Shown: piece by piece, positions 10,978-23,195 of the stretch | Layout: each line of letters starts with the position of its first letter | Position numbering within the stretch: the stretch's first letter is position 1 | Source of the DNA: Escherichia coli | Lineage (GTDB): Bacteria; Pseudomonadota; Gammaproteobacteria; Enterobacterales; Enterobacteriaceae | Strand: one strand, 5' to 3' | NCBI RefSeq assembly: GCF_044324875.1 | Contig: NZ_CP172185.1 | Length of the DNA stretch: 64,000 bases | Notes under the pieces: generated by a model | The model's database searches: none | What the model was told of the DNA's origin: nothing | What the model saw: only the letters and a program-made list of their open reading frames with translations | Program-made: the position numbers and the translations under genes

Positions 10978-12496
10978 GATGTTCGCTCCTCAATGCGGCT
11001 TCCATCACCTGCTCCTGAGTCAGGTTATGATTTATCAGGTTGGCTTTTAGTTTCCCTTCATGCATCACCAGTACACGATCGCTAAGGCCGAGCACTTCAG
11101 GTAATTCGGAAGAGATGACAATAACGGCAATACCCTGCTGGACGAGTTGGTTAATTAATTTGTAGATCTCGTATTTCGCGCCAATATCGATACCCCTGGT
11201 AGGCTCATCAAGAATGAGAATGCGCGGGTTGAGTAACAGGCAGCGAGCGAGGATCGCTTTTTGCTGATTACCGCCGCTCAAACGTCCAATAGCAAGGTCG
11301 GGGGACGACGTTTTAACTTTGAGTTGCTGGATTGATTCCAGAATACATTTTTGCTCTGCCGCGTCATCAAGCTGGCTAATACCGCCGGTAAATTTATTGA
11401 GTGCGGCGAGGGTAATATTTTTACCAACCGCCATTACCGGAACGATGCCGTCGCGCTTTCTGTCTTCGGGGACCATCGCAATCCCCTGGGCGATGGCTTG
11501 CTGACAGTTACGAATATCTACCTGTTTGCCATCAATATAAATTTTTCCTTCCCATTGTCCGGGCCACACGCCAAACAGGCACTGAATGGTCTCGGTACGT
11601 CCGGCACCAACGAGTCCGGCAATACCCAGTATTTCGCCACGTTTCAGGGAAAACGAGACATCATTAACTCGTTTAATATGACGATTAACCGGATGCCATG
11701 CCGTCAGATGTTCAATACGTAATATTTCATCTCCGGTGGTATGTGGTTCATTAGGGTAAAGCGCGGTTAACTCTCGCCCGACCATCATGGTGATAATATC
11801 GTCTTCACTCATTCCGGCAGCATCACGCGTACCAATGTGCTGACCGTCGCGAATAACGCAAATCGTATCGGAAATCGCTTTGACTTCGTTGAGTTTGTGC
11901 GAAATATAAATACAGGCGATACCGTGCTGTTGTAGATCGCGAATAATATCCAGTAAAACCGACGTTTCCTGCTCAGTTAATGAGGCTGTCGGTTCATCGA
12001 GAATTAACAAACGCACCTGTTTATTAAGTGCCTTGGCAATTTCAACCAGTTGTTGTTGCCCAAGCCCTAAATCGCCAACGCGGGTATCGGGTGAAATGGA
12101 TAAACTGACCTGTGCGAGCAGCTTCTGACAGCGTAGTGTCATCAGGTCATAATCCATAATGCCATTGTGGGTTATTTCGTTACCCAGGAAGATATTTTCC
12201 AGCACAGTCAATTCTTTCACCAGGGCCAATTCCTGGTGAATAATGGCGATACCTTTGCGTTCGGTATCGCGGATGTGACTCGCCTGAATCTCTTCTCCCG
12301 CAAAAATAATTTCGCCTTCGTAGGAACCATGGGGATAAATACCACACAGCACTTTCATCAGCGTTGATTTACCAGACCCATTTTCCCCACAGAGTGAGAC
12401 GATTTCGCCAGCATTCAACCGCAAGCTGACGTTATCAATCGCCTTCACACTGCCGAAGGTTTTGGTAATGTTCTTCATTTCAAGTAGATAAGGCAT
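10955..12496 (-). CDS. xylG: xylose ABC transporter ATP-binding protein
   Basis: 513-aa ORF with two ABC cassettes (Walker [10 protein letters not shown]; signature LSGGNQQK). Confidence 0.93.
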
Positions 12497-12573
12497 AACG
12501 ACTCCACCTAAGCCAATTCATTCACGCGGCATGGAGAGAAATCACGCCCCCGCTCCTCGCCGGGGCGTAACGC

Positions 12574-13566
12574 TTACAGCTCGCTCTCTTTGTGGAATCC
12601 GTCTTTAACTACCGTTTCTTTGATGTTGTTTTTATTCACATCGATCGGTGTCAGCAGGCGGGAGGGAACATCTTTCAGACCATTATTCAGAGTGGTATCT
12701 GCTTTTGGTTCCTGACCATTGCCCAACTCAACGGCAATTTCTGCGGCAGTATTTGCCAACAATGTAATAGGTTTATACACCGTCATAGTTTGCGTACCGG
12801 CAGCAATACGTTTAATACCTGCGAGATCCGCATCCTGGCCGGAAATTGCTACTTTCCCTGATAAACCTTGCGCACTTAATGCCTGAATTGCCCCACCTGC
12901 GGTGGCATCGTTTGAGGCAACTACAGCATCAATTTTGTTATTATTGGCGGTTAGCGCGTTTTCCATAATTTTCAATGCGTTTTCCGGTAACCAGCCATCA
13001 ACCCATTGGTCACCAACGACTTTAATTTTTCCGGAATCAACGTAAGGTTTTAACACTTTCATTTGCCCGGCGCGGAACAGCTTGGCGTTGTTATCTACCG
13101 GCGAGCCGCCCATCAGGAAGTAATTACCTTGCGGAACAATATCGACCAGGGCTTTTGCCTGCAGTTCACCGACTTTTTCGTTATCGAAAGAAATATAAAA
13201 ATCGATATCCGCATCGTTAATCATACGGTCGTAAGCTAATACTTTAATACCTTCTTGTTTGGCTTCTTTTACAACGTTACTTAATACCTGACCGTTATAC
13301 GGAATAATGACAAGAACATCGACGCCCCGGTTAATCATGTTTTCAATCTGCGACATTTGTGTTTCTTCATTGCCATTTGCAGACTGTACAAATACTTTCG
13401 CGCCGAGAGATTCTGCCTTTTTCACAAAAATATCTCGATCTTTTTGCCAGCGTTCAAGACGGAGATCATCAATCGCCATACCTATTTTGACTTCTTTGGC
13501 GTGTGCCGCAACGTTGGTAAGCAGAAGTGAGGTGCAAAGGGTGAGTAGAATGTTCTTTATTTTCAT
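12574..13566 (-). CDS. xylF: D-xylose-binding periplasmic protein
   Basis: ORF 12574..13644; Met at 13566 gives 330 aa with signal peptide MKIKNILLTLCTSLLLTNVAAHA. Confidence 0.92.
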   Translation of the reverse strand: MKIKNILLTLCTSLLLTNVAAHAKEVKIGMAIDDLRLERWQKDRDIFVKKAESLGAKVFVQSANGNEETQMSQIENMINRGVDVLVIIPYNGQVLSNVVKEAKQEGIKVLAYDRMINDADIDFYISFDNEKVGELQAKALVDIVPQGNYFLMGGSPVDNNAKLFRAGQMKVLKPYVDSGKIKVVGDQWVDGWLPENALKIMENALTANNNKIDAVVASNDATAGGAIQALSAQGLSGKVAISGQDADLAGIKRIAAGTQTMTVYKPITLLANTAAEIAVELGNGQEPKADTTLNNGLKDVPSRLLTPIDVNKNNIKETVVKDGFHKESEL

Positions 13567-13931
13567 GGTGTAGGGCCTTCTGTAGGTAGAGGACAGCTTT
13601 AATAAGTAACAATCACCGCGATAAACGTAACCAATTTTTAGCAACTAAACAGGGGAAAACAATTACAGATTTTTATCTTTCGATTACGATTTTTGGTTTA
13701 TTTCTTGATTTATGACAGAGATCTTACTTTTGTTGCGCAATTGTACTTATTGCATTTTTCTCTTCGAGGAATTACCCAGTTTCATCATTCCATTTTATTT
13801 TGCGAGCGAGCGCACACTTGTGAATTATCTCAATAGCAGTGTGAAATAACATAATTGAGCAACTGAAAGGGAGTGCCCAATATTACGACATCATCCATCA
13901 CCCGCGGCATTACCTGATTATGGAGTTCAAT
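13567..13931. promoter_or_regulatory. divergent xylF / xylA control region
   Basis: AT-rich 365-bp intergenic between divergent xylF and xylA starts; in E. coli this region carries the XylR- and CRP-dependent promoters. Individual sites not mapped here. Confidence 0.5.
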
Positions 13932-15254
13932 ATGCAAGCCTATTTTGACCAGCTCGATCGCGTTCGTTATGAAGGCTCAAAATCCTCTAACCCGTTAGCA
14001 TTCCATCACTATAATCCCGACGAACTGGTGTTGGGCAAGCGTATGGAAGAGCACTTGCGTTTTGCCGCCTGCTACTGGCACACCTTCTGCTGGAACGGGG
14101 CGGACATGTTTGGTGTGGGGGCGTTTAATCGTCCGTGGCAGCAGCCTGGTGAGGCACTGGCGTTGGCGAAGCGTAAAGCAGATGTCGCATTTGAGTTTTT
14201 CCACAAGTTACATGTGCCATTTTATTGCTTCCACGATGTGGATGTTTCCCCTGAGGGCGCGTCGTTAAAAGAGTACATCAATAATTTTGCGCAAATGGTT
14301 GATGTCCTGGCAGGCAAGCAAGAAGAGAGCGGCGTGAAGCTGCTGTGGGGAACCGCTAACTGCTTTACAAACCCTCGCTACGGCGCGGGTGCGGCGACGA
14401 ACCCAGATCCAGAAGTCTTCAGCTGGGCGGCAACGCAAGTTGTTACAGCGATGGAAGCAACCCATAAATTGGGCGGTGAAAACTATGTCCTGTGGGGCGG
14501 TCGTGAAGGTTACGAAACGTTGTTAAATACCGACTTGCGTCAGGAGCGTGAACAGCTGGGCCGCTTTATGCAAATGGTGGTTGAGCATAAACATAAAATC
14601 GGCTTCCAGGGTACGTTGCTTATCGAACCGAAACCGCAAGAACCGACTAAACATCAATATGATTACGATGCTGCGACGGTGTATGGCTTCCTGAAACAGT
14701 TTGGTCTGGAAAAAGAGATTAAACTGAACATTGAAGCTAACCACGCGACGCTGGCAGGTCACTCTTTCCATCATGAAATAGCCACCGCCATTGCGCTTGG
14801 CCTGTTCGGTTCTGTCGACGCTAACCGTGGCGATGCACAACTGGGCTGGGACACCGACCAGTTCCCGAACAGTGTGGAAGAGAATGCGTTGGTGATGTAT
14901 GAAATTCTCAAAGCAGGCGGTTTCACCACCGGCGGTCTGAACTTCGATGCCAAAGTACGTCGTCAAAGTACTGATAAATATGATCTGTTTTACGGTCATA
15001 TCGGCGCGATGGATACGATGGCGTTGGCGCTGAAAATTGCAGCACGCATGATTGAAGATGGCGAGCTGGATAAACGCATCGCGCAGCGTTATTCCGGCTG
15101 GAATAGCGAATTAGGCCAGCAAATCCTGAAAGGCCAAATGTCACTGGCAGATTTAGCCAAATATGCTCAGGAACACAATTTGTCTCCGGTGCATCAGAGT
15201 GGTCGCCAGGAGCAACTGGAAAATCTGGTAAATCATTATCTGTTCGACAAATAA
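13932..15254 (+). CDS. xylA: xylose isomerase
   Basis: 440-aa ORF from [31 protein letters not shown]…, recognised as XylA. Confidence 0.95.
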   Translation: MQAYFDQLDRVRYEGSKSSNPLAFHHYNPDELVLGKRMEEHLRFAACYWHTFCWNGADMFGVGAFNRPWQQPGEALALAKRKADVAFEFFHKLHVPFYCFHDVDVSPEGASLKEYINNFAQMVDVLAGKQEESGVKLLWGTANCFTNPRYGAGAATNPDPEVFSWAATQVVTAMEATHKLGGENYVLWGGREGYETLLNTDLRQEREQLGRFMQMVVEHKHKIGFQGTLLIEPKPQEPTKHQYDYDAATVYGFLKQFGLEKEIKLNIEANHATLAGHSFHHEIATAIALGLFGSVDANRGDAQLGWDTDQFPNSVEENALVMYEILKAGGFTTGGLNFDAKVRRQSTDKYDLFYGHIGAMDTMALALKIAARMIEDGELDKRIAQRYSGWNSELGQQILKGQMSLADLAKYAQEHNLSPVHQSGRQEQLENLVNHYLFDK

Positions 15255-15325
15255 CGGCTAACTGTGCAGTCCGTTGGCCCGGTTATCGGTAGCGATACCG
15301 GGCATTTTTTTAAGGAACGATCGAT

Positions 15326-16780
15326 ATGTATATCGGGATAGATCTTGGCACCTCGGGCGTAAAAGTTATTTTGCTCAACGAGCAGGGTGAGGTGGTTGCT
15401 TCGCAAACGGAAAAGCTGACCGTTTCGCGCCCGCATCCACTCTGGTCGGAACAAGACCCGGAACAGTGGTGGCAGGCAACTGATCGCGCAATGAAAGCCC
15501 TGGGCGATCAGCATTCTCTGCAGGACGTTAAAGCATTGGGTATTGCCGGCCAGATGCACGGTGCAACCTTACTGGATGCCCAGCAACGGTTATTACGCCC
15601 TGCCATTTTGTGGAACGACGGGCGCTGTGCGCAAGAGTGCGCTTTGCTGGAAGCGCGAGTTCCGCAATCGCGGGTGATTACCGGTAACCTGATGATGCCC
15701 GGATTTACTGCGCCTAAATTGCTATGGGTTCAGCGGCATGAGCCGGAGATATTCCGTCAAATCGACAAAGTATTGTTACCGAAAGATTACTTGCGTCTGC
15801 GTATGACGGGGGAGTTTGCCAGCGATATGTCTGACGCAGCTGGCACCATGTGGCTGGATGTCGCAAAGCGTGACTGGAGTGACGACATGCTGCAGGCTTG
15901 CCACTTATCTCGTGACCAGATGCCCGCATTATACGAAGGCAGCGAAATTACTGGTGCTTTGCTACCTGAAGTTGCGAAAGCGTGGGGTATGGCGGCGGTG
16001 CCAGTTGTCGCAGGCGGTGGTGATAATGCAGCTGGTGCGGTTGGTGTAGGAATGGTTGATGCTAATCAGGCAATGTTATCGCTGGGGACGTCGGGAGTCT
16101 ATTTTGCTGTCAGCGAAGGGTTCTTAAGCAAGCCAGAAAGCGCCGTACACAGCTTTTGCCATGCGCTACCGCAGCGTTGGCATTTAATGTCTGTGATGCT
16201 GAGTGCAGCGTCGTGTCTGGATTGGGCTGCGAAATTAACGGGCCTGAACAATGTCCCAGCTTTAATCGCGGCTGCTCAACAGGCTGATGAAAGTGCCGAT
16301 CCAGTTTGGTTTCTGCCTTATCTTTCCGGCGAGCGTACACCACACAATAATCCCCAGGCGAAGGGGGTTTTCTTTGGTTTGACTCATCAACATGGCCCCA
16401 ATGAACTGGCGCGAGCAGTGCTGGAAGGCGTGGGTTATGCGCTGGCAGATGGCATGGATGTCGTGCATGCCTGCGGCATTAAACCGCAAAGTGTTACGTT
16501 GATTGGTGGCGGGGCGCGTAGTGAGTACTGGCGTCAGATGCTGGCGGATATCAGCGGTCAGCAACTCGATTACCGCACGGGGGGGGATGTGGGGCCAGCA
16601 CTGGGCGCAGCAAGGCTGGCGCAGATTGCGGCGAATCCAGAGAAATCGCTCATTGAGTTGTTGCCACAACTGCCGTTAGAACAGTCGCATTTACCAGATG
16701 CGCAGCGTTATGCCGCTTATCAGCCACGACGTGAAACGTTCCGTCGCCTCTATCAGCAACTTCTGCCATTAATGGCGTAA
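15326..16780 (+). CDS. xylB: xylulokinase
   Basis: 484-aa ORF MYIGIDLGTSGVKVILLNEQGEV… (FGGY sugar kinase N-terminus), 71 bp after xylA. Confidence 0.95.
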   Translation: MYIGIDLGTSGVKVILLNEQGEVVASQTEKLTVSRPHPLWSEQDPEQWWQATDRAMKALGDQHSLQDVKALGIAGQMHGATLLDAQQRLLRPAILWNDGRCAQECALLEARVPQSRVITGNLMMPGFTAPKLLWVQRHEPEIFRQIDKVLLPKDYLRLRMTGEFASDMSDAAGTMWLDVAKRDWSDDMLQACHLSRDQMPALYEGSEITGALLPEVAKAWGMAAVPVVAGGGDNAAGAVGVGMVDANQAMLSLGTSGVYFAVSEGFLSKPESAVHSFCHALPQRWHLMSVMLSAASCLDWAAKLTGLNNVPALIAAAQQADESADPVWFLPYLSGERTPHNNPQAKGVFFGLTHQHGPNELARAVLEGVGYALADGMDVVHACGIKPQSVTLIGGGARSEYWRQMLADISGQQLDYRTGGDVGPALGAARLAQIAANPEKSLIELLPQLPLEQSHLPDAQRYAAYQPRRETFRRLYQQLLPLMA

Positions 16781-16947
16781 ACGTTATCCCCTGCCTGACC
16801 GGGTGGGGATAATTCACATCTATATATCTCAGTAATTAATTAATATTTAGTATGAATTTATTCTGAAAATCATTTGTTAATGGCATTTTTCAGTTTTGTC
16901 TTTCGTTGGTTACTCGTAATGTATCGCTGGTAGATATGGAGATCGTT

Positions 16948-17289
16948 ATGAAAACCTCAAAAACTGTGGCAAAACTATTATTTGTTGTCGGGGCGCTGGT
17001 TTATCTGCTTGGGCTATGGATCTCATGCCCATTGTTAAGTGGAAAAGGCTATTTTCTTGGCGTGTTAATGACAGCAACTTTTGGTAACTATGCATATCTT
17101 CGCGCAGAAAAACTCGGGCAACTGGATAATTTTTTTATCCATATCTGCCAGTTAGTCGCGTTAATCACTATCGGTCTCTTGTTTATCGGTGTTTTAAACG
17201 CACCTATCAATGCTTATGAAATGGTGATCTACCCTATCGCCTTTTTTGTCTGCTTGTTTGGTCAAATGCGTTTGTTTCGCCCGGCATGA
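16948..17289 (+). CDS. yiaB: YiaA/YiaB family inner-membrane protein
   Basis: 113 aa from MKTSKTVAKLLFVVGALVYLLGLW…; hydrophobic. Confidence 0.8.
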   Translation: MKTSKTVAKLLFVVGALVYLLGLWISCPLLSGKGYFLGVLMTATFGNYAYLRAEKLGQLDNFFIHICQLVALITIGLLFIGVLNAPINAYEMVIYPIAFFVCLFGQMRLFRPA

Positions 17290-17334
17290 GCAACATAAAG
17301 CTCTTACACATTCAGGAATGAAAGGAATGCTGTG

Positions 17335-17772
17335 ATGGACAACAAAATATCAACCTATTCTCCGGCATTCAGTATTGTGTCATGGATAGCTCTCGTTGGT
17401 GGTATCGTTACCTATCTGTTAGGGCTATGGAATGCAGAGATGCAGTTAAATGAAAAAGGATATTATTTTGCTGTACTGGTATTAGGACTGTTTTCTGCGG
17501 CGTCTTATCAAAAGACCGTTCGGGACAAGTATGAAGGCATACCGACCACCTCCATTTATTATATGACCTGCCTGACTGTCTTTATTATCTCTGTTGCGTT
17601 ACTGATGGTAGGTCTGTGGAATGCGACGTTATTACTCAGCGAGAAAGGTTTTTATGGACTGGCTTTCTTCTTAAGCTTGTTTGGTGCAGTAGCGGTGCAG
17701 AAGAATATTCGTGATGCCGGAATAAACCCACCAAAAGAAACACAGGTTACCCAGGAAGAATACAGCGAATAA
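17335..17772 (+). CDS. yiaA: YiaA/YiaB family inner-membrane protein
   Basis: 145 aa from [32 protein letters not shown]…; two repeats of the YiaAB motif. Confidence 0.8.
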
Positions 17773-17779
17773 TTCACAT

Positions 17780-17815
17780 AAGCCCGGTCAGTCCAATGTG
17801 ACCGGGCTTTTATTT
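17780..17815. terminator. bidirectional rho-independent terminator (yiaA / wecH)
   Basis: Hairpin aagcccggtcag…ctgaccgggctt with U-runs on both strands, between convergent yiaA and wecH. Confidence 0.7.
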
Positions 17816-18809
17816 AACTCACTAGTCTGTTTCTGTCGATTCGTTGTACCAGCATAGAAAGTAATAAACTCGCTGCCAACGTCGCGCAAAAGATCCAAAT
17901 AATATCGAGTATTGGCCAGTTTTTAAGCTCAATCCCCCGGGTGCGCAGTGCATGGATAATCAAGGCGTGGAACCCGTATATGCCCAACGAATGGCGGGAG
18001 ATTAAGCCAAGTCCGCGAACGGTACGCGTATCAAGCGTGTTTTTAACCAGAGTCAATAGCGTGATTGCGCAGATAAAAACCATCGGCCCACAGTAAAGAT
18101 ACCAGGTATCGGCAAAATTTCCGCGCCACTGCAATTCATATAATGTCCCGCGAGAGATAATAAAAACCCCCGTCGCAAACAGTGCGGCGCTCCCCCACGA
18201 CAGTGCTTTATGCTGTGTGTCCATCATCCCTATAGCGCGGCCCAACATGCCATAAAGGATGTAGTAAAAAGTATCGCCATTGATATATAAGTTAATTGGC
18301 AGCCATTCAAAACCGTCAATTTTCTGCGGCACTGTGTTTGGGTTAGCGATAATACCAATCACCACCATTAGCACCAGCAACATTTTTCCGCCGACGTTCT
18401 TCACCTGAATCAGCGGTGAAACCAGATAAATCACCGCAATCGCGAAGAAAAACCATAAGTGGTAAAACACTGGCTTTTGCAGCAGGTTTTTCAGCGCTAA
18501 CTCCACATTGATGGAGGTAAACAGCGCAATGTAGAGCAGTGCGATTGCGCTATAAAAAAGCAGACATAAGCCGATACGCAAGAAATGGCGCGGCTGGGCG
18601 CTGCGTTCGCCAAAAAAGGGATAGCCGGAAATCATGAAAAATAGCGGCACGCTGACACGAGAGGCAGAATTCAGAACATTGGCGATATCCCATGTGACGG
18701 GGCTAACACTATGAGCATTGGTCACATACCAGGTAGTGGTGTGAATCATCACCACCATTAAACACGCTATCCCTCGCAGGTTATCAATCCAGTAAATTTT
18801 GGGCTGCAT
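17814..18809 (-). CDS. wecH: O-acetyltransferase for enterobacterial common antigen
   Basis: 331-aa polytopic acyltransferase-3 [31 protein letters not shown]…. Confidence 0.88.
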   Translation of the reverse strand: MQPKIYWIDNLRGIACLMVVMIHTTTWYVTNAHSVSPVTWDIANVLNSASRVSVPLFFMISGYPFFGERSAQPRHFLRIGLCLLFYSAIALLYIALFTSINVELALKNLLQKPVFYHLWFFFAIAVIYLVSPLIQVKNVGGKMLLVLMVVIGIIANPNTVPQKIDGFEWLPINLYINGDTFYYILYGMLGRAIGMMDTQHKALSWGSAALFATGVFIISRGTLYELQWRGNFADTWYLYCGPMVFICAITLLTLVKNTLDTRTVRGLGLISRHSLGIYGFHALIIHALRTRGIELKNWPILDIIWIFCATLAASLLLSMLVQRIDRNRLVS

Positions 18810-18983
18810 CTGTGTCTCTGTATCTGGTTAAAAAAAGTCTGACCGATAAATCATTCGGTTGGCGCACTGGAATAATCTGAGTTTTATCACTACAGCTTAT
18901 AGAGGCTTAAGGAAATTCGTAAGATATCAGCCACTATACCGATATAAATAATAAGACTCACCTGCAAACCAGACGGTAATTTA

Positions 18984-19292
18984 ATGATGATGAACTCTTT
19001 CTTTCCGGCAATGGCGCTTATGGTGCTTATGGCGCTAGTGGGTTGTTCTACACCGCCACCCGTGCAGAAAGCACAACGGGTAAAGGTTGATCCTCTGCGT
19101 TCGTTGAATATGGAAGCGTTATGCAAGGATCAGGCGGCGAAACGTTATAACACCGGCGAGCAAAAAATCGACGTCACCGCATTTGAACAGTTCCAGGGAA
19201 GCTACGAAATGCGCGGTTATACCTTCCGTAAAGAGCAGTTTGTCTGTTCTTTTGACGCAGATGGCCATTTTTTGCATCTTTCCATGCGTTAA
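18984..19292 (+). CDS. ysaB: small lipoprotein
   Basis: About 100-aa ORF with lipobox (…LVGCSTPPP…). Confidence 0.8.
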   Translation: MMMNSFFPAMALMVLMALVGCSTPPPVQKAQRVKVDPLRSLNMEALCKDQAAKRYNTGEQKIDVTAFEQFQGSYEMRGYTFRKEQFVCSFDADGHFLHLSMR

Positions 19293-19386
19293 GCCCTGCT
19301 TTTTCCCGTTTCGTACTGTATATCTTCCATCCAGCGGGTATACTGATCCCTTCCTTTAAATCCACACGTATCCAGCACGAAATAAT

Positions 19387-20298
19387 ATGCAAAAGTTTGA
19401 TACCAGGACCTTCCAGGGCTTGATCCTGACCTTACAGGATTACTGGGCTCGCCAGGGCTGCACCATTGTTCAACCATTGGACATGGAAGTCGGCGCGGGA
19501 ACCTCTCACCCAATGACCTGTCTGCGCGCGCTGGGGCCAGAACCGATGGCGGCTGCTTATGTTCAGCCTTCTCGTCGCCCGACCGATGGTCGCTACGGCG
19601 AAAACCCCAACCGTTTACAGCACTACTATCAGTTCCAGGTGGTCATTAAGCCATCGCCGGACAATATTCAGGAGCTGTACCTTGGTTCTCTGAAAGAGCT
19701 GGGCATGGACCCGACCATCCACGACATCCGTTTCGTGGAAGATAACTGGGAAAACCCGACGCTGGGTGCCTGGGGGCTGGGCTGGGAAGTGTGGCTGAAC
19801 GGCATGGAAGTGACGCAGTTCACTTACTTCCAGCAGGTTGGTGGTCTGGAGTGTAAACCGGTTACCGGCGAGATCACCTACGGTCTGGAACGTCTGGCAA
19901 TGTACATTCAGGGCGTAGACAGCGTTTACGACCTGGTCTGGAGCGACGGCCCGCTGGGTAAAACCACCTACGGCGACGTGTTCCATCAGAACGAAGTGGA
20001 GCAGTCCACTTACAACTTCGAATACGCGGATGTGGACTTCCTGTTCACCTGCTTTGAGCAGTACGAGAAAGAAGCGCAGCAGCTGCTGGCGCTGGAAAAT
20101 CCGCTGCCGTTGCCAGCCTACGAACGTATTCTGAAAGCCGCCCACAGCTTCAACCTGCTGGATGCGCGTAAAGCCATCTCCGTCACCGAGCGTCAGCGCT
20201 ATATTCTGCGCATTCGCACCCTGACCAAAGCAGTGGCAGAAGCATACTACGCTTCCCGTGAAGCCCTCGGCTTCCCGATGTGCAACAAAGATAAGTAA
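19387..20298 (+). CDS. glyQ: glycine-tRNA ligase alpha subunit
   Basis: 303-aa [42 protein letters not shown]…. Confidence 0.96.
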
Positions 20299-20307
20299 GA
20301 GGCGGCT

Positions 20308-22377
20308 ATGTCTGAGAAAACTTTTCTGGTGGAAATCGGCACTGAAGAGCTGCCACCAAAAGCACTGCGCAGCCTGGCTGAGTCCTTTGCTGCGAACTTT
20401 ACTGCGGAGCTGGATAACGCTGGCCTCGCACACGGCACCGTTCAATGGTTTGCTGCTCCGCGTCGTCTGGCGCTGAAAGTAGCTAACCTGGCGGAAGCGC
20501 AACCGGATCGTGAAATCGAAAAACGCGGCCCGGCGATTGCCCAGGCGTTCGACGCTGAAGGCAAACCGAGCAAAGCGGCAGAAGGCTGGGCGCGTGGTTG
20601 CGGTATTACCGTTGACCAGGCTGAGCGTCTGACTACCGATAAAGGTGAATGGCTGCTGTATCGCGCCCACGTGAAGGGCGAAAGCACCGAAGCACTGCTG
20701 CCGAATATGGTTGCGACTTCGCTGGCGAAACTGCCGATCCCGAAACTGATGCGCTGGGGTGCAAGCGACGTGCACTTCGTGCGTCCGGTGCACACCGTGA
20801 CCCTGCTGCTGGGCGACAAAGTTATTCCGGCTACCATTCTGGGCATTCAGTCCGATCGCGTGATTCGCGGCCACCGCTTTATGGGCGAGCCGGAATTCAC
20901 TATCGACAATGCCGATCAATACCCGGAAATTCTGCGTGAGCGCGGGAAAGTCATCGCCGATTACGAAGAACGTAAGGCGAAGATTAAAGCCGATGCCGAA
21001 GAAGCGGCGCGTAAGATTGGCGGTAACGCTGACTTAAGCGAAAGCCTGTTGGAAGAAGTCGCTTCGCTGGTGGAATGGCCGGTTGTGCTGACCGCAAAAT
21101 TCGAAGAGAAATTCCTCGCGGTGCCGTCTGAAGCGCTGGTTTACACCATGAAAGGTGACCAGAAGTACTTCCCGGTGTATGCGAACGACGGCAAACTGCT
21201 GCCGAACTTTATCTTCGTTGCCAACATCGAATCGAAAGATCCGCAGCAAATTATCTCTGGTAACGAGAAAGTCGTTCGTCCACGTCTGGCGGATGCCGAG
21301 TTCTTCTTCAACACCGACCGTAAAAAACGTCTGGAAGATAACCTGCCGCGCCTGCAAACCGTGCTGTTCCAGCAACAGCTGGGTACGCTGCGTGACAAGA
21401 CTGACCGCATCCAGGCGCTGGCTGGCTGGATTGCTGAACAGATTGGTGCAGACGTTAACCACGCAACCCGTGCGGGCCTGCTGTCTAAGTGTGACCTGAT
21501 GACCAACATGGTCTTCGAGTTCACCGACACCCAGGGCGTTATGGGGATGCACTACGCGCGTCACGATGGCGAAGCGGAAGATGTGGCAGTGGCGCTGAAC
21601 GAGCAGTATCAGCCGCGCTTTGCCGGTGATGACCTGCCGTCTAACCCGATAGCCTGTGCGCTGGCGATTGCTGACAAGATGGACACCCTGGCGGGTATCT
21701 TCGGTATCGGTCAGCATCCAAAAGGCGACAAAGACCCGTTTGCGCTGCGTCGTGCCGCACTTGGCGTGCTGCGTATTATCGTTGAGAAGAACCTCAACCT
21801 TGATCTGCAAACGCTGACCGAAGAAGCAGTGCGTCTGTATGGCGATAAGCTGACTAATGCCAACGTGGTTGATGATGTTATCGACTTTATGCTTGGTCGC
21901 TTCCGCGCCTGGTATCAGGACGAAGGTTACACCGTTGACACCATCCAGGCGGTACTGGCACGTCGTCCGACTCGTCCGGCTGATTTCGATGCCCGAATGA
22001 AAGCGGTATCGCACTTCCGTACCCTGGAAGCAGCTGCAGCACTGGCGGCGGCGAACAAGCGTGTATCTAACATTCTGGCGAAGTCTGATGAAGTGCTGAG
22101 CGATCGCGTGAATGCTTCTACTCTGAAAGAGCCGGAAGAAATTAAACTGGCGATGCAGGTGGTTGTGCTGCGCGATAAACTGGAGCCGTACTTCGCCGAA
22201 GGTCGTTACCAGGACGCGCTGGTCGAACTGGCTGAATTGCGTGAACCGGTTGATGCCTTCTTCGATAAAGTGATGGTCATGGTTGATGACAAAGAATTGC
22301 GAATCAACCGTCTTACCATGCTGGAGAAACTGCGCGAATTATTCCTGCGCGTTGCGGATATTTCGCTGTTACAGTAA
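20308..22377 (+). CDS. glyS: glycine-tRNA ligase beta subunit
   Basis: 689-aa ORF starting 9 bp after gly[21 protein letters not shown]…. Confidence 0.96.
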   Translation: MSEKTFLVEIGTEELPPKALRSLAESFAANFTAELDNAGLAHGTVQWFAAPRRLALKVANLAEAQPDREIEKRGPAIAQAFDAEGKPSKAAEGWARGCGITVDQAERLTTDKGEWLLYRAHVKGESTEALLPNMVATSLAKLPIPKLMRWGASDVHFVRPVHTVTLLLGDKVIPATILGIQSDRVIRGHRFMGEPEFTIDNADQYPEILRERGKVIADYEERKAKIKADAEEAARKIGGNADLSESLLEEVASLVEWPVVLTAKFEEKFLAVPSEALVYTMKGDQKYFPVYANDGKLLPNFIFVANIESKDPQQIISGNEKVVRPRLADAEFFFNTDRKKRLEDNLPRLQTVLFQQQLGTLRDKTDRIQALAGWIAEQIGADVNHATRAGLLSKCDLMTNMVFEFTDTQGVMGMHYARHDGEAEDVAVALNEQYQPRFAGDDLPSNPIACALAIADKMDTLAGIFGIGQHPKGDKDPFALRRAALGVLRIIVEKNLNLDLQTLTEEAVRLYGDKLTNANVVDDVIDFMLGRFRAWYQDEGYTVDTIQAVLARRPTRPADFDARMKAVSHFRTLEAAAALAAANKRVSNILAKSDEVLSDRVNASTLKEPEEIKLAMQVVVLRDKLEPYFAEGRYQDALVELAELREPVDAFFDKVMVMVDDKELRINRLTMLEKLRELFLRVADISLLQ

Positions 22378-22391
22378 TAACGCCGTTATTA

Positions 22392-22420
22392 AAAAGCCTG
22401 CCATCTGGCAGGCTTTTTTA
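22392..22420 (+). terminator. rho-independent terminator of glyQS
   Basis: aaaaagcctgccatctggcaggcttttttat: GC stem, 4-nt loop, U-run. Confidence 0.8.
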
Positions 22421-22673
22421 TCGCTAAATAATAGAGCAACCTTTAATAATCTTCTGCTGAATAAAGATTGTCTCATATATTAATTTTATGAGATTTTTTT
22501 AGGATTATATCAAGGAGAAGAAACGAACTTATTAAGCTAGAATAGCCACGGGTGCTTGAGACTGTTTGTCTCAGGTATTCACCGAAAGGCAGACAGAGAA
22601 AAGCCCCACCTGACTATAAATCAAAGTGTACTGCACCCATTTTGTTGGACGATGAAATGGAATAGCCCCTGAT

Positions 22674-23195
22674 ATGTCAAAGCCAAAATACCCTTTTGAA
22701 AAGCGCCTTGAAGTCGTGAATCACTACTTCACTACTGATGATGGTTACAGGATCATCTCGGCACGTTTTGGTGTCCCCCGAACCCAGGTCAGGACATGGG
22801 TTGCCCTCTATGAAAAACATGGAGAAAAAGGTTTAATTCCCAAACCTAAAGGTGTTAGTGCTGATCCTGAGTTGCGTATTAAGGTCGTGAAAGCTGTGAT
22901 CGAGCAGCACATGTCCCTTAATCAGGCTGCTGCTCACTTTATGCTTGCTGGTAGTGGTTCTGTAGCCAGGTGGCTGAAGGTTTATGAAGAGCGCGGAGAA
23001 GCTGGTTTACGCGCGCTCAAGATTGGCACCAAAAGAAACATTGCAATATCAGTTGATCCAGAAAAAGCGGCATCAGCATTGGAGCTGTCAAAAGACCGAC
23101 GCATTGAGGATCTTGAAAGGCAAGTTCGATTTCTTGAAACGCGGCTTGTGTATCTAAAAAAGCTGAAAGCCTTAGCTCATCCCACGAAAAAGTGA
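22674..23195 (+). CDS. insJ: IS150 transposase OrfA
   Basis: 173-aa ORF MSKPKYPFEKRLEVVNHYFTTDDGYRIISARFGVPRTQVRTW…, recognised as IS150 InsJ. Confidence 0.92.
   Translation: MSKPKYPFEKRLEVVNHYFTTDDGYRIISARFGVPRTQVRTWVALYEKHGEKGLIPKPKGVSADPELRIKVVKAVIEQHMSLNQAAAHFMLAGSGSVARWLKVYEERGEAGLRALKIGTKRNIAISVDPEKAASALELSKDRRIEDLERQVRFLETRLVYLKKLKALAHPTKK

Noticed and set aside
19615-22014. Long minus-strand ORFs (434 aa at 19615..20919; 326 aa at 21034..22014) antisense to glyQ and glyS
   Set aside because: They lie entirely opposite two strongly recognisable, highly conserved aminoacyl-tRNA synthetase genes and have Arg/Gln/His-rich low-complexity composition with no RBS; typical antisense artefacts in GC-rich coding sequence.
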